DNA of 61,045 nucleotides from Octopus bimaculoides (taxonomy: Eukaryota), in assembly GCF_001194135.2 (NCBI RefSeq), contig NC_068987.1, positions 61,236,378 through 61,297,422 of the forward strand, written 5' to 3'. Below the pieces are notes generated by a model. The model made no database searches and had not been told where the DNA came from. It saw only the letters and a list, made by a program, of their open reading frames with translations. Position numbers and translations under genes: made by a program. Of the stretch, positions 1-13,555 are shown one piece after another. The stretch's first letter is position 1. Every line of letters begins with the position of its first letter.

Positions 1-774
1 ATATATATATATAGATAGATAGATAGATAGATATATAGAGAGAGAGATGAGTTTCTTCCAGTTTCATCAAACAAATCCTTTCACAATCCTTTCATTGCTT
101 TCGCTGGCCCGGGACTACAGAAAAGAACACTCACCCAAGGTACCACACAGTGAGACTGAACCCAAAACCATATGGTTGGGAAACAAACTTCTTAACCACA
201 CAACCACACCTGCACCTCAGAGAACTCAGAAAAAAATTCTATGTCAGCTAGGATGTTAAAAATCACATAGCAAACCTATAGAACTCAGTTCTTCATATAA
301 AAATTAAAAAAAAACACATTTAACAAAACACATTAATGCCAAGTCTCTCACAGAAATTCCTAAACTCAACAAAATCTATTACAAGGAATATTTTTCATGG
401 TAACCACAGAAACCACAGAATGAAACAATCAGAAAAAATCCATCCAGTTTTTTGAAGGAAGATAATGAAACTGTCTTTTGATCAGAACATTGATAACTGA
501 TTGATATCCCTTGGACAAAATTTATTTGCCAGTATACAAACTACAAAGCCCATTAATCAGATACATATGTATGTGAATGTGTGTGCCTGGTTGATAATAC
601 AGCCTTACATATGACTAATTCCTTTTACAAGAATGGACATGTTCATTGAAAAGTAGTAAAGCTATCAGGTGTATCCTGCCACACCCACATATCAAATGCA
701 TAAATAATGCTAACAGCACCCCACCCCCTCACACCATAAATTTATATAATTGGATTGTTACCAAATAACAGTCC

Positions 775-1776
775 ATTGTCCTCCAGGGGATCACAGGGGA
801 ATTAAAGACAGGTTGCCCCTGGGAGCTCCTCTATGCTGATGACCTTGCACTAATTGCGGAGTCACTATCAGAACTAGAGGAGAAGTTTAAGGTGTGGAAG
901 CAAGGACTAGAATCGAAGGGCCTTAGAGTCAACCTAGCAAAAACCAAAATCCTAATAAGTAGGAAGGTAGATAAAACACAAACCCCTTCAGGTAGATGGC
1001 CCTGCTCAGTATGCAGAAAAGGAGTAGGTAGTAACTCTATAAGATGTACCTGGTGCAAGCTATGGACACATAAGAGGTGCAGCAATATCAAAGGCAGATT
1101 AACTACGAAGTTAGTTTTTGTATGTGGCAGATGTTCAGGTNNNNNNNNNNNNNNNNNNNNNNNNNNNNNNNNNNNNNNNNNNNNNNNNNNNNNNNNNNNN
1201 NNNNNNNNNNNNNNNNNNNNNNNNNNNNNNNNNNNNNNNNNNNNNNNNNNNNNNNNNNNNNNNNNNNNNNNNNNNNNNNNNNNNNNNNNNNNNNNNNNNN
1301 NNNNNNNNNNNNNNNNNNNNNNNNNNNNNNNNNNNNNNNNNNNNNNNNNNNNNNNNNNNNNNNNNNNNNNNNNNNNNNNNNNNNNNNNNNNNNNNNNNNN
1401 NNNNNNNNNNNNNNNNNNNNNNNNNNNNNNNNNNNNNNNNNNNNNNNNNNNNNNNNNNNNNNNNNNNNNNNNNNNNNNNNNNNNNNNNNNNNNNNNNNNN
1501 NNNNNNNNNNNNNNNNNNNNNNNNNNNNNNNNNNNNNNNNNNNNNNNNNNNNNNNNNNNNNNNNNNNNNNNNNNNNNNNNNNNNNNNNNNNNNNNNNNNN
1601 NNNNNNNNNNNNNNNNNNNNNNNNNNNNNNNNNNNNNNNNNNNNNNNNNNNNNNNNNNNNNNNNNNNNNNNNNNNNAGATTGGAGCCTGGTGTTGCCATC
1701 CGGTTTCACCAGTCCTCAATCAAATCGTCCAACCCATGCTAGAATGGAAAGCGGACGTTAAACGATGATGATGATG
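775..1776 (+). mobile_element. 5'-truncated RTE-clade LINE (RT C-terminal part, gap, 3' UTR, (GAT)n tail)
   Basis: Frame +1 from 781 reads LQGITGELKTGCPWELLYADDLALIAES...LRVNLAKTK, containing the YADD RT motif. The 3' end after the gap finishes in gttaaac(gat)n. Confidence 0.92.
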
Positions 1777-3003
1777 TATTCTCTAGACAAAACCGATTGG
1801 TAAGACCAGTCGTAATGGATATTTAATACTATACTTTTCAGATTATATATATATATATATCGTTGCTGTTGTGTATCCAAATGCATTGTTTTCAATAATT
1901 AACTTTGCTTGGAATAGCCAGTTCTTTTGGTCAAACTATTGTATCCCCAGCTGCTTCAGATGCCAAGATATGAAAAGTGTAGTACAACAGTTTAACATTT
2001 TTCAAAAGTGTAATAAGTCCCACATGTGACAATTTTGCAAAAATATTTCTTACTGAAAGTATCATACATGCATGGAGTTATGATTTTATGCACCCAACAA
2101 TGTATTATTGTTAAGCTGAAACTGTTGCAAATGTAAAAAGAAATGGAATGGTGAAACTATTTTTTCATTTTCTGAAAAAGTAATGTTTTGCACTTATGAC
2201 ACTTTTGCATAATAGCAACAAATTACTCTTAACATACACAAGTTGTTGCACATGTTCATCATTACCAAGTCAGTGTGTGTTACACTCTTCACAATTGTGT
2301 ACTTCTTACATGGCTTAATCCTGCATCAGTTCATTTGATGGTGTTAATTTTCAAGGTGTTATCCAACAACTGCTTCATTCCAAAAGTTCCTGAGCTTATT
2401 TCTAACTCCTTATAACCATCAACTGCTTAAGTAACCTACACCATATAATAGTGTAGTTTGCCTCATTTATTTGAATGTCAATGTATATATTCAAAAGTAT
2501 AAGCATACGTTATCAGACACACATTCAGACTCTACACAGCCACTTGATCTGCTAGAAAAAGCAGCTAATTCTTCCTCATAGAACACCATATTTTCTAAAA
2601 TAAAGACAATGCACTCCCTACTTTACAAAAAGATGGGACTGTTAAAGCTGCAATACATTTGACCACAAGTTTGCTTAGTTAGGGTTGACACAAAAATATT
2701 GTATATGTTTAAATGTAACTTATAGCTTATACAATTCATTAAAAAAATTAAAACAGATTGCTTTATATTTGAGTCTTAAGAGAGTTCACATGAAAGGTTA
2801 TTTTATTTCAGCAGAGAGTTCCAGAAACAGACAGGATGATTTAAATAATTGTAGAATTTCCTGAAATGTAACAAAGGTTACTTGTATTTAGGCTCATCTT
2901 ATATTTGAGCATCAACAGTAAATGTACTTGAGGAAGAAGAGATTGTAGAAAATTTTAATAGAACAAAGAGGGGTTGAAAGATAAAAAAAAAAAAACTACT
3001 TAC

Positions 3004-4135
3004 TTCAAAGTTTTGTTCCCTACAGTTGGCACAAGCCTCGGTGTATCATATTTTAAGTTGTATATCCGCGAAAGTTCAGGAAATGATGATGACGATGATA
3101 TGGCAGAAGACCCAGTGTTTGAAGTCTGTGACCAGACATTACTTTTTGGTCCAATACTACTTGTGCCTTCTGTTAATGTCTCAGCAAGAGACAGCTCAGT
3201 GTTCCTAATCCGACAAATAACACTTTGATGAATGTCTGGGTCGCTAGCTGATTTTTGATTATGGAGAGGACTATGGGGTGGTTGATAATAATCAGACTCA
3301 AATTCATCCTTCACCTCAGAATCTTCCTCCTCCTCTTCCTCCACTATCACTTCTTCTTTCATTTTTTCCCCAAGACTCGTTTTAGCATACTCCTCTTTCA
3401 GAAGCTCAAGTATTGTTATCTGTTCATCAGTTGAATTTCTTTCACTTGTAATTGTTGATGAAGAACAAGGGCCAAGACTATTGTCTTGAGAGGCCTCGGT
3501 CGGGCTGTCTATGCATGAATCACTTTTATCTTCTTTTTTGTTGAGATCACTACTATTTGATATGGCACTGCTGCTGTTGTTGGAAACCAAGTCTCGTGCT
3601 GATGTACAATTGTCTGAATAATTGGAGTGTAAATTGGAATCTTTTGAAACATCTGCTGGCTCTGAACAATCAGATACGACATCGTCATGCAGAACAACCT
3701 CTAAAGGTTCTGAACAACTTGACATAGTGTCAGCATTACTTAATGAGACAACTTCTAAACGTTCTGAAGACGCAGATAATGAGTCAACATTATTTGAATG
3801 ACACCCTCCAGATTCTGAACAACTCAATACTGTATCAATATTGTTAGGAATTACTTCGGCAACTTCGGAGCAATCCGATAATGTATTTTCACTTTCTTGG
3901 GCAGAATTTATATTTTCAGATTGGTGATTGTGACAGTTTTCCAGGGACAATTTTTCCGGAGTTTCCCTGTCAATTAAGAAGGCTTCATTAACTTGTCCAT
4001 CAATTTTTTGAAGGCACTTATTTGTATTAATAATGGGATCAGTAAGGGATATGGAGGAATGCTTTTCTTGGCATGCCTTTACTAAACCACTGTCAGAAAG
4101 TGTATCTGTTTTGAGAGACGATTGGTTTCTTTTAC
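3004..4135 (-). CDS. FAM135: FAM135-like large low-complexity S/D/E-rich exon (phase 1 to 2): (G)KRNQSSLKTDTLSDSG...PRLVPTVGNKTL
   Basis: Acceptor tttttag, donor GAA|gtaagt, 1132 nt with no stop. FAM135 proteins have a long disordered middle region, largely encoded by one large exon in vertebrates. Confidence 0.85.
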
Positions 4136-4544
4136 CTAAAAATAAAAAAAGTTAATAAACAAATGATTAGAGAAATACTACAAGCATTTAATGGATTTTG
4201 AATGAAAAAATATTACCAAAATTAAAATCCCCAGATTGTAAAGGAATTTTTTTTTTTTTTTTTAAATTTCATTTACATATTGTGCATCAAAACTAACTGA
4301 ATCCTTTTCAACAAATATTAAATTGATAAACTGATGTTAATACAAAATTTAATCCCTTGTAATTTTCATATACAAATGAAGAAAAATACCTGATAATATT
4401 TATTTGAATCTAAAACTTTTACTTTTATTCTGTACAAATTATTAAAGGACACAAGATCCTTTGAATTTCATATCTGCTTAAGATCTTTGAAATGAAATTT
4501 AAATAAAAAGACCATAAAATACATTTACACTATTATATATACAT

Positions 4545-4584
<40 letters not shown>

Positions 4585-4878
4585 GTATATGTGTGCGTGT
4601 GTATGTGTGTGTAATTTAACACTGAGAACATATAAGTCAGTCAATCAATATAGGTTGAATTATAGATAATTTACAACATCTAGTCATGGCCTTAGGAATC
4701 AACAGAGTTCAGTGTTTACAAATAGCAATTTGGTTGCCAACTAACATTTTTATTTCTTTATCAGATGATGCACATAATACAAAACAAAATCAAACAAAAT
4801 ATTAAACAAACAAGAATAATAAGGGTTCAAGCCATAAAATAAACAACCACTTGGTAAATATGCTGCATGCATGCATGC

Positions 4879-4925
<47 letters not shown>

Positions 4926-7277
4926 TAATAATAGCAGCAACAAAAACAACAGTGCTAGAAAAGTGTTAGAACAGTCAGGTTGTAAGAAAAATATTAACAA
5001 ACAGTTGAATAGAAAAGTAATGTTATAAAACAGGGATTGTATCAATAGTTAGTTGTTCTTTTCAATTTTGGAAGCTATTTATATGCAAGGGTACAACTGA
5101 TATGTACTCTATCAGTATATGGAGGAAAAGAAAGCTGGCCCAAACAGGATTTAAACTCAGAACACAAGACTTTTAAAAGCTGCACTATAATTAGTCCAGT
5201 AATTTAAACCCCTATTTATGTCAACCTCTCTGATTCAGCCCTTGGCTCTATGACACAAATTCCGTTTTAAAGTGATCTAAATTGAAAACTTCTATAAAAA
5301 CTTCATCTTAATGTCCCAGACACCAGCTTGATAATGACAATAGTTATTTTACTAAATTCTTCATCAATTTCCATTAATTGAAACAAAGGCAGTGTATTTG
5401 AAGAAAAGTATGGTAATGAAACGGTTATGTATGTTCAGCCTACTTGTAGTACTTGGCTTTAGAGATACACCTATGCTGTTAAATACTTTGAAGTAATTTT
5501 ATAAGAAAACGGGAGAAAAAGTTCCTAGATTTTTAATTGTTTCAGTCATCATCATTATCGTTTAACATCTGCCTAACTAGTAATGAGTTCAATGGTTGCT
5601 TCAATTTAAAACATACCTAATAATTAGTTCTATAATTGCTTTAAAATAAAATATAACTAATAACTAATTCTTCATCTGAAAACAACAAGCATCTGTTTCT
5701 ATATATAGTTTATCAATAGGTTGCATATTAAAAAAAAAAAACTAAGTAAAACCATTCATTAAATCTTCATGTGAATCTATGTTCCACACACCAGCATAAT
5801 GACAATAAAGTTATTTTACAAAATTCTTCATTATTTTCAAAGTTAATTGAAACACAAGCAGTATATATCAACAAAAGAAAGGTGACATAAGGATTAAATT
5901 AAATTCTGATACATATTTCACATGTATATTTAAGTTAACCCATTACTTCCCATAATTCTATTAAGTGGAATTTTTTTAGGAAACTTTGATTTCTAACATA
6001 AAACAGCCTTAGAAACACGCTGGAATGATCAAAATAACATTTTAAATAGAAATAAGCGAGATATTGGGTGAAAAATTAGGAAACCTCATTTGAATATCAG
6101 AGAAATATACCTAGATATAGCAAAAAGGTTAGATATGTGTAAATATTGACAGATAATTACGAAATTTGTAATTTTTAAGTGATCTCATATGAGATAGGAA
6201 AATCACAAAAACAAAATGCAGCCAGTTTCCTTTTTTTCCTCCCCTCACTGTTTAGTTATCAAAATATACTTCATCAATCATTACTTACTAGCTGAATAAT
6301 TATTATTCAATTTCATAAGTCAAAATTTTTGATTTGTAGTTAGAAAAAGAAAATAACCTTTCTTACAAAACAAAATAAAGAACAGAAAAACTATCAACGA
6401 TTATATATAAAAATCCATAAAGTCTGTTTACAGTGATGAGAATAATCTATTTTGGGTTATTTTTGCTATCATTTATGCCTAGCTAATTGATCCATAAATC
6501 ACAAACCAACATAAAGACTCAAGTTTATCTCCAGTTCATGGTTTTGCTTACAAGTATAATGTAAATTATTTTCCTGAAGTTAATATCGTATGCAATTCAG
6601 TAATTGAATAACTGTAAGTATATTAAGTTAGAGAGACTGATTAAACAAATACCCCCAAGGTTAGCAATATTTCAACATACATAGTATTAGAGAACCATTA
6701 CAGTGAACCTTACCAATCAGTTTCACACTGGATATCAGGTAAAAGGACAACTGCCTAATACATGCGCTCTTTAGAGATGGCAGGTAAATACATACATACA
6801 TGTATGTATGAAAGAATGTGGAAATATTTGTATGTATATATATATATATATATATATACATACAAATATATAGAGAGAAGGGGAGAGGGTGAGACAGACA
6901 GACAGAGATAGAGGATAAATAACTGAAGGGTCACTAATGCTGCACAAGCACTTCATTCTTAAGCAAGTGATTCAGTCTGCCTAGCAGACACTCCGCAATG
7001 CAGTAAACTGGTACCATGAGGATGAAGCAACTTAACAAACATCAGTTTGTAGCAATATAAAATTGACAATTGTTTATGGAAGGTCAACTCTATCCCTAGT
7101 TTGGTGAAAGATGAGCGTTATAAAGCTGTTTGGCTCAAGGTACTCAACTCCTTGCCTTTGGCAAACTGCATTTTGCTCTAGACATACTACATGAAGACAA
7201 ATTCTTTGATGATGCAACTAAAAGCTTGCAAGTTAGGGAACACACGGCACACATTTAAAAATAACTAACGATACCAT

Positions 7278-7279
7278 TC

Positions 7280-7378
<99 letters not shown>

Positions 7379-7436
7379 CATATATATATATACATACACA
7401 CATATATATATGTATATATATATACACATACATATA

Positions 7437-7471
<35 letters not shown>
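7278..7471. repeat. Compound (TA)n/(TG)n microsatellite. Other large tracts: (TA)n 8832-8930 and 12928-12997, (AAT)n 4881-4925, (GA)n 34320-34382, (CA)n 34598-34652 and 46872-46932, (TG)n(TA)n 44746-44817, (TAT)n 58391-58451
   Basis: Directly visible simple repeats. Confidence 0.97.
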
Positions 7472-8022
7472 CTATAGTTATTTAATATTTAAAAATCTAC
7501 GCACCAAAAATAGGTATTGAATAATTCTCTGCTGTTAAGCAACTTATTGAATGTATTTTGGAAGATAATCCTGACAAATGATAATTTCAAATAAATCAAA
7601 ATATATTTTATTCTGTACACACTCAGAGTTGTAATTATTCAATTTTTGGACTAATAATGAATTTTTTAAAAAAATAAAGACTGTGGTAGGAAAATATTTA
7701 AAATAAATGCAAAGAAACAAAAGGTGAGAAAACAGAGTGATTGCAAGTAGAAAAACATCAAGAAATTTCAGACTATTGGTTAAAAATTGTACTTAAGGAA
7801 ATAATTTTGAAGTGTGATAGGTATTTCAATGAAAGGTGATCAAGCAATTCTTGAACTTAACTACATATATTGGTTAAGATTAGAAAATTATAGATATCTG
7901 AAGAAATTCAAATGCTCTGAACATAAATTGCTATATTCCTAACTTTGGGGTGACTAGAAACAGATACATGTATTTGTATATGTTTATGTATATCTGTATG
8001 TGCATACAAGTGTGTGTGTGTA

Positions 8023-8249
8023 TTGGGTTGTCTGAAAAGTTTGTGCCAATTTTTAAAAGAAAGAAAAAGGCCAATAAGTACATGCCATTACATTTTTAAT
8101 CAACCAAATATGAACCATTTTGTTGCACAATGTATCTCCATCTTACCTTTAACTTGAAAATACCTTCTCCCAGAATTGAGGTGGTTTCATGGCAAATAAG
8201 TCGAAAGGTAAGCAACTATAAATCGGTACGAACTTTCCGGACAACCCTA
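8023..8249 (-). mobile_element. Internally deleted mariner (MITE)
   Basis: TIRs ttgggttgtctgaaaagtttgtgcc and ggtacgaactttccggacaacccta, TA on both sides. Interior minus strand reads FAMKPPQFWEK, like a mariner transposase C-terminus. Confidence 0.85.
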
Positions 8250-8847
8250 TATATATATAAACACACACACACACATACATACATACATACATACATACAT
8301 ACATACATACACACACACATGCACACGCACATAAGTACTTGTATGTACACGTACATATATTAAAAATAACATCATAATCCATGTATGTACACACGTGTAC
8401 ACAGACTCTTTTGCCGAATTACTAGATTATGGGGACATAAACGCACCAACACCAGTTGTCAAGTGATGGTGGGGGTACAAACTCAAACACACACACACAT
8501 ATATATACATACATACAACAGACTTCTTTCAGTTTCTGTCTACCAAATTCACTCACAAGGCATTGGTCAGCCCGAGGCTATAGTAGAAGACACTTGACCA
8601 AGGTGTCACACAGTGGGACTGAACCCAAAACCATGTAGTTGAGAAGCAAGATTCTTACCACACTGCCATGCCTGTGCGTCTATCAAACATTTCCAACACA
8701 CACACACATATATATCATTTAATGTCTGTTTTCCATGATGGTATGGGTTGGATAGTTTGACTGACCCATGCCAGCAGGGGAAACAGACATTAAATGTCAA
8801 TGACGGTGATGATACATATATATACTTATATATTTATATTACACACA

Positions 8848-8928
<81 letters not shown>

Positions 8929-8970
8929 TTATATATTTATATTACATATATACTTATATATTTATATTAC

Positions 8971-9004
<34 letters not shown>

Positions 9005-9216
9005 TTATATAAACATATACTGCATTATTCTAAAATACACACTAGATAAATAAATTTATTCTAATCCTAAAGACTGCAAGGTAGGGAAATACTGCCAATG
9101 TTTCAAGACAAATGCCTCAAGCATTTTAATCTATTTTCCTCCAAAATGCATCAATGTACTGCTAGAATACTGCATCAAAATTGAAGTCTTTCCTTATGGA
9201 TGACTGAAACTGTTTT

Positions 9217-9263
<47 letters not shown>

Positions 9264-10204
9264 TATGAGTGGGATATAGATTAGTAAATGAAAAAAAAAT
9301 GCCGCAAGGAAAGACAAGAAGATTTAACAGGAATAAAGTTAATAGAACAGTAAAAGACATATAAAACAAATAAGGTTAGTTTAAGGACATTCAAGTAAAT
9401 ATCAATATGATACAGGGGATTTTGGTAAATTTCACATATTTCAAAGAAAAAGGCGGGGAGATGTGTTCAATTCACTGACTTAACATTCTAATGATAATAA
9501 AAAGAAATAATTTCACAACGAGTTTGAGAAAATGCAACAAATTTGTGATACCAAGGTAGATCATCCATTCTAAATCTACTTGAGATAGATTAAAATTTGA
9601 AACTAGCTATTCAACAAACTTTAAATAGAAAGAAACAGACCTGGTTTCAGTAAATAATACTGCTGCAATTACAAGATAAAGAACATTTTCTGGCAATAGA
9701 CACAAACATAAGGATGTAATTTTTATCTATATATATATATATATGTTAATTATTAATTTATTAATTAATTGACAATTCCCTGCCCTATATCTATAATGAT
9801 ATATATATATATANNNNNNNNNNNNNNNNNNNNNNNNNNNNNNNNNNNNNNNNNNNNNNNNNNNNNNNNNNNNNNNNNNNNNNNNNNNNNNNNNNNNNNN
9901 NNNNNNNNNNNNNNNNNNNNNNNNNNNNNNNNNNNNNNNNNNNNNNNNNNNNNNNNNNNNNNNNNNNNNNNNNNNNNNNNNNNNNNNNNNNNNNNNNNNN
10001 NNNNNNNNGAATGATGATTTATACTTTGCTACCAGCAAATATTTTAGAAAATTTCACAAGCAATTAGTTTAATAAATGAAAGATTATAAATTTTATCTTG
10101 TTTCTTCTGTTTATTCTGTTTTCAATTTCAATTGGTTTAATAAAACAAATTTATTCTATCTACAGCTTACTTTTTAAAAAAAGCATGTGCCAAATTTATA
10201 ATTG

Positions 10205-11400
10205 CAATAGATCACCTACAAATCAGGGCAAACACCCGAGCCAGGTAGACTTCATACTCACCAGAAAAATAAAAAAGAATTGACAGCATGTTATGAATAT
10301 GAAGTGTGTACCCCATCATTCAACATACATAGACTAAAGACATCAAGATAACAGCTAGATGAACTTATAGATGCAAATGCAAAACAATATGGGAAAGGAA
10401 GATACGAAAGCTGAAAGATCCAATGACCAGACACAGGGTCAAAGAAGTATTAGTTCAGTGGGTCTCATGGGGTTCTAATGGAAGGATGCTGGGGATTGTT
10501 GAAAAGGGAGAAGTCTGTTAGATTTAATGGTTTCTAATTTAGGCACAAGTTGAGCAACTTTTGAAGAGACGGGGTTAATTGATACAACTGGCCCCAGTTC
10601 TTGATTGCTATTATTTTACCAATCTCAGAAGGATGAAAGGCAATGTTGAGCTTCACCAGTCTTGAACTCAGAACATCAAAAACTGAAAGAAACACTGCAA
10701 AGCATTTCTTCTGATGTTCTGATTCTGCCTTTATTTACTTGTTATACGTAATGAAATTAAGATGTTTTATAAGCTTGTCTAATATTACAGTGATAAAAGA
10801 ATTGTATGGGTACAAACTATTGAGAAGGATTAACAAAAGAATTTTCACCAAAATGTTTGGTAGGACGATAGAGGGCATGCCAGTTTGAGAACCACTGTGT
10901 GTAGGTGGACATGGATGGCAGCAGGAACAGGAGGAGATTTATAACATAGAGGACAACTGGAAGTTTCTACAAGACAGCCAGCAGACCAGATTTTGGGACG
11001 AAGCAAAGATTACACCAGAATAAAAAATGATGTAGTGGTAGAATGATATATTAAAGAGAACCATAAAAGCCAAGAGACAGGACTGGAAAAAGTGAGGAGG
11101 AAGGAACAATTACAGGTAGTTAGAAGAGAAGCTAGCCATCTGGTATATGTAGCACAATAAGAAGCTGAAATTATGTCCGGCAATAAGAGAAACAGAAGTG
11201 TGAGGTGTTCCAGATTTCTTTGGTTAAAACTGTGTATTAGAGTAATAGAAATGTATTTGCCATCAATACTGACAAGAAGAAAGAGGCATGGAAACGTTAT
11301 ATGGAAATGTTGCTGAATGCAGAGAATGCATGAGAGAGATGAACCACTCCAAGCAGACCCAAGAGAGGGGCTAAATAATGAAATTGACAGTTATATACAA
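10205..11400 (+). mobile_element. Highly decayed RTE-like LINE remnants (endonuclease end and linker), interrupted by other repeats
   Basis: SQVDFILTRK resembles the APE-domain QIDYIL motif. Purine-rich linker-like stretch at 11080-11170. Confidence 0.45.
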
Positions 11401-12924
11401 ATAAGGATATAAAGGCAGAAAAAGCTCAGATGTCACAAATATCTGGTGAATCAAGACACATGCTTGTTATTCACATTATTGATCAGGTAGGATAGGAAAG
11501 TGTCATTCTAGTGACTAGCATAGCAGTTAGCCACATCAACTGCTAAAATACATGGACCTTGAATATGGAGGATGAACAAGGGCCGGCAAAGAATTAGGTA
11601 AACATGACCTGCTGGATGTTGTCATTTATTGCCAGGTCAACACTGGTCGTGCACACCTACAATTAATGGAGTTTTACCTGTAACTAGTTTTTGGATATCT
11701 TTTTGCTCTACCACATTTAAGATAGCAGGGTTTGTTTTGAAGGAATTTAGCTTCAATTTTTAGCAAGTCAAGCAACCAAGTAGAGCTCACATGTGAGATG
11801 TATATCATTGTGCATGAATGATAGAATGCAAATGAGCTGAGAAAAAAACCAAGTGTACTATTAATCAAATTTAGTTTGGAAGAGGAAAGCTGCATTGGAC
11901 AGATCTGTGATGTATATGGAGAATGACAACTGGATAAAGAGGTGCCAAGTGATTTAAATGAAAAGAACTTGTGGAAAAGGAAGACAGAGGAAGGGATTAT
12001 GAAAGCTGATCTCAAGTGGTTGAACTTGTACATAGGTAATGACAAAGAACTGCCAGAAGTTGCAACAAGTGGGGCTAGAGGAAACATAACTAGCTCATGC
12101 AAGCATGGGGAAGGGTTTAAATTGATATAAAAATTATGAGGAATGGAAATATTGATAGATTTTAATGGAAAAGAAATTAATCATTCCATAAGACAAAGAT
12201 TCTATATAATATTTCCCCCCCAACAAAATCTAAAATGAAACCTCAGACATTTACAAGTGCAGTTCTCAAACTAAATGACCCTCTGCTTTACATTAACTGA
12301 CAGCCAAGATAACTCAGAGTTTTAAGGGAATACAAATAATTTAATAAGCAAATCATGCTTTTTGCTTGTTTTTTTTTATATATTTTTTTTACGTCTTAAT
12401 TTCTCAAAAGTTACTTAATTTTAGAATAATTTCCAAAAGTCACAAGTCATTAGAAACTGGTAAATTTTTGCTTTCTTAAATGCAAAGCGAAGATTTACCA
12501 ACTCTGGAGACATTAGACAGTTAAGCGTAATTACAGTTTTACCATACCCACAATCTAATAATAGAATGTTTCTTAATTGCTTAATTGGTGTGTGTGTGTG
12601 TGTGTGTGTGTGTGTGCATGTGCACGTGCGTGTGTGCGTGCCTGTGTGTGTGTGATTTTTCATTAAATTTAAGAAATGTGTCTCAGATGTATTTAGTTCT
12701 AAAAGAAATTAATCACAACTGAAAATGTGTTCTCATAATCATTATCATTATTATTTGAAGGGAACATATAAAGAACAAATAACAGAGGTTTTTCACAATA
12801 TCATTGAACTAATATCATACTATATATCTACCAGTGCCATTTATTGATTATTTTCAGTAACTATTTTTTTAGTAACATTCATATTAATATCGTAACATAA
12901 TTTTGCAAACGTGCAACCTTATAT

Positions 12925-13000
<76 letters not shown>

Positions 13001-13509
13001 AAAATCAACAATCTATTCAAAGTCATACAAAAAATGTAGAAATATGGTTAGTGTAAGGGTAGTATAAAAATATTCTTTATTATACTCATACCATTTTCCA
13101 GCAGCAAATACAAAAAAAGTACCAGAAAACAAAAAGATTGTATTTTAAAAAAATAAATAAAATACTATATGTGTTGCTTACAAAAGTAGAGACAAAGACA
13201 TACATAAACCTACTGGAATATTCAAGGACTGGAATATGCTAAAATACCATTTCCTGGATCGTTTTAATAAAAATAAACAACATTGGCTCTAATTATTAAT
13301 TCACTTCTCAGCCCAATAAATTTCAACACACACACACACACATATACACATAGTCAACATATGAGATCCAGAGATTCTCAGTGTAGAAAACACTTTATAG
13401 CGCTCAAATGATTCTAACTCTGATGTCTTTACGGGGGACCAATTTGTATATCAAACCCATGCTGTTATAATTAATTTGTTTATCTGCATAATTGCTTTTC
13501 TCTCTCTCT

Positions 13510-13555
<46 letters not shown>

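Noticed and set aside
7296-9053. [14 protein letters not shown] and poly-I/N/K ORFs here and elsewhere
   Set aside because: They are translations of microsatellites and homopolymers.
12499-12555. Exon-like segment DCGYGKTVITLNCLMSPEL
   Set aside because: Ends in phase 0, incompatible with the next exon, and has weak splice context.
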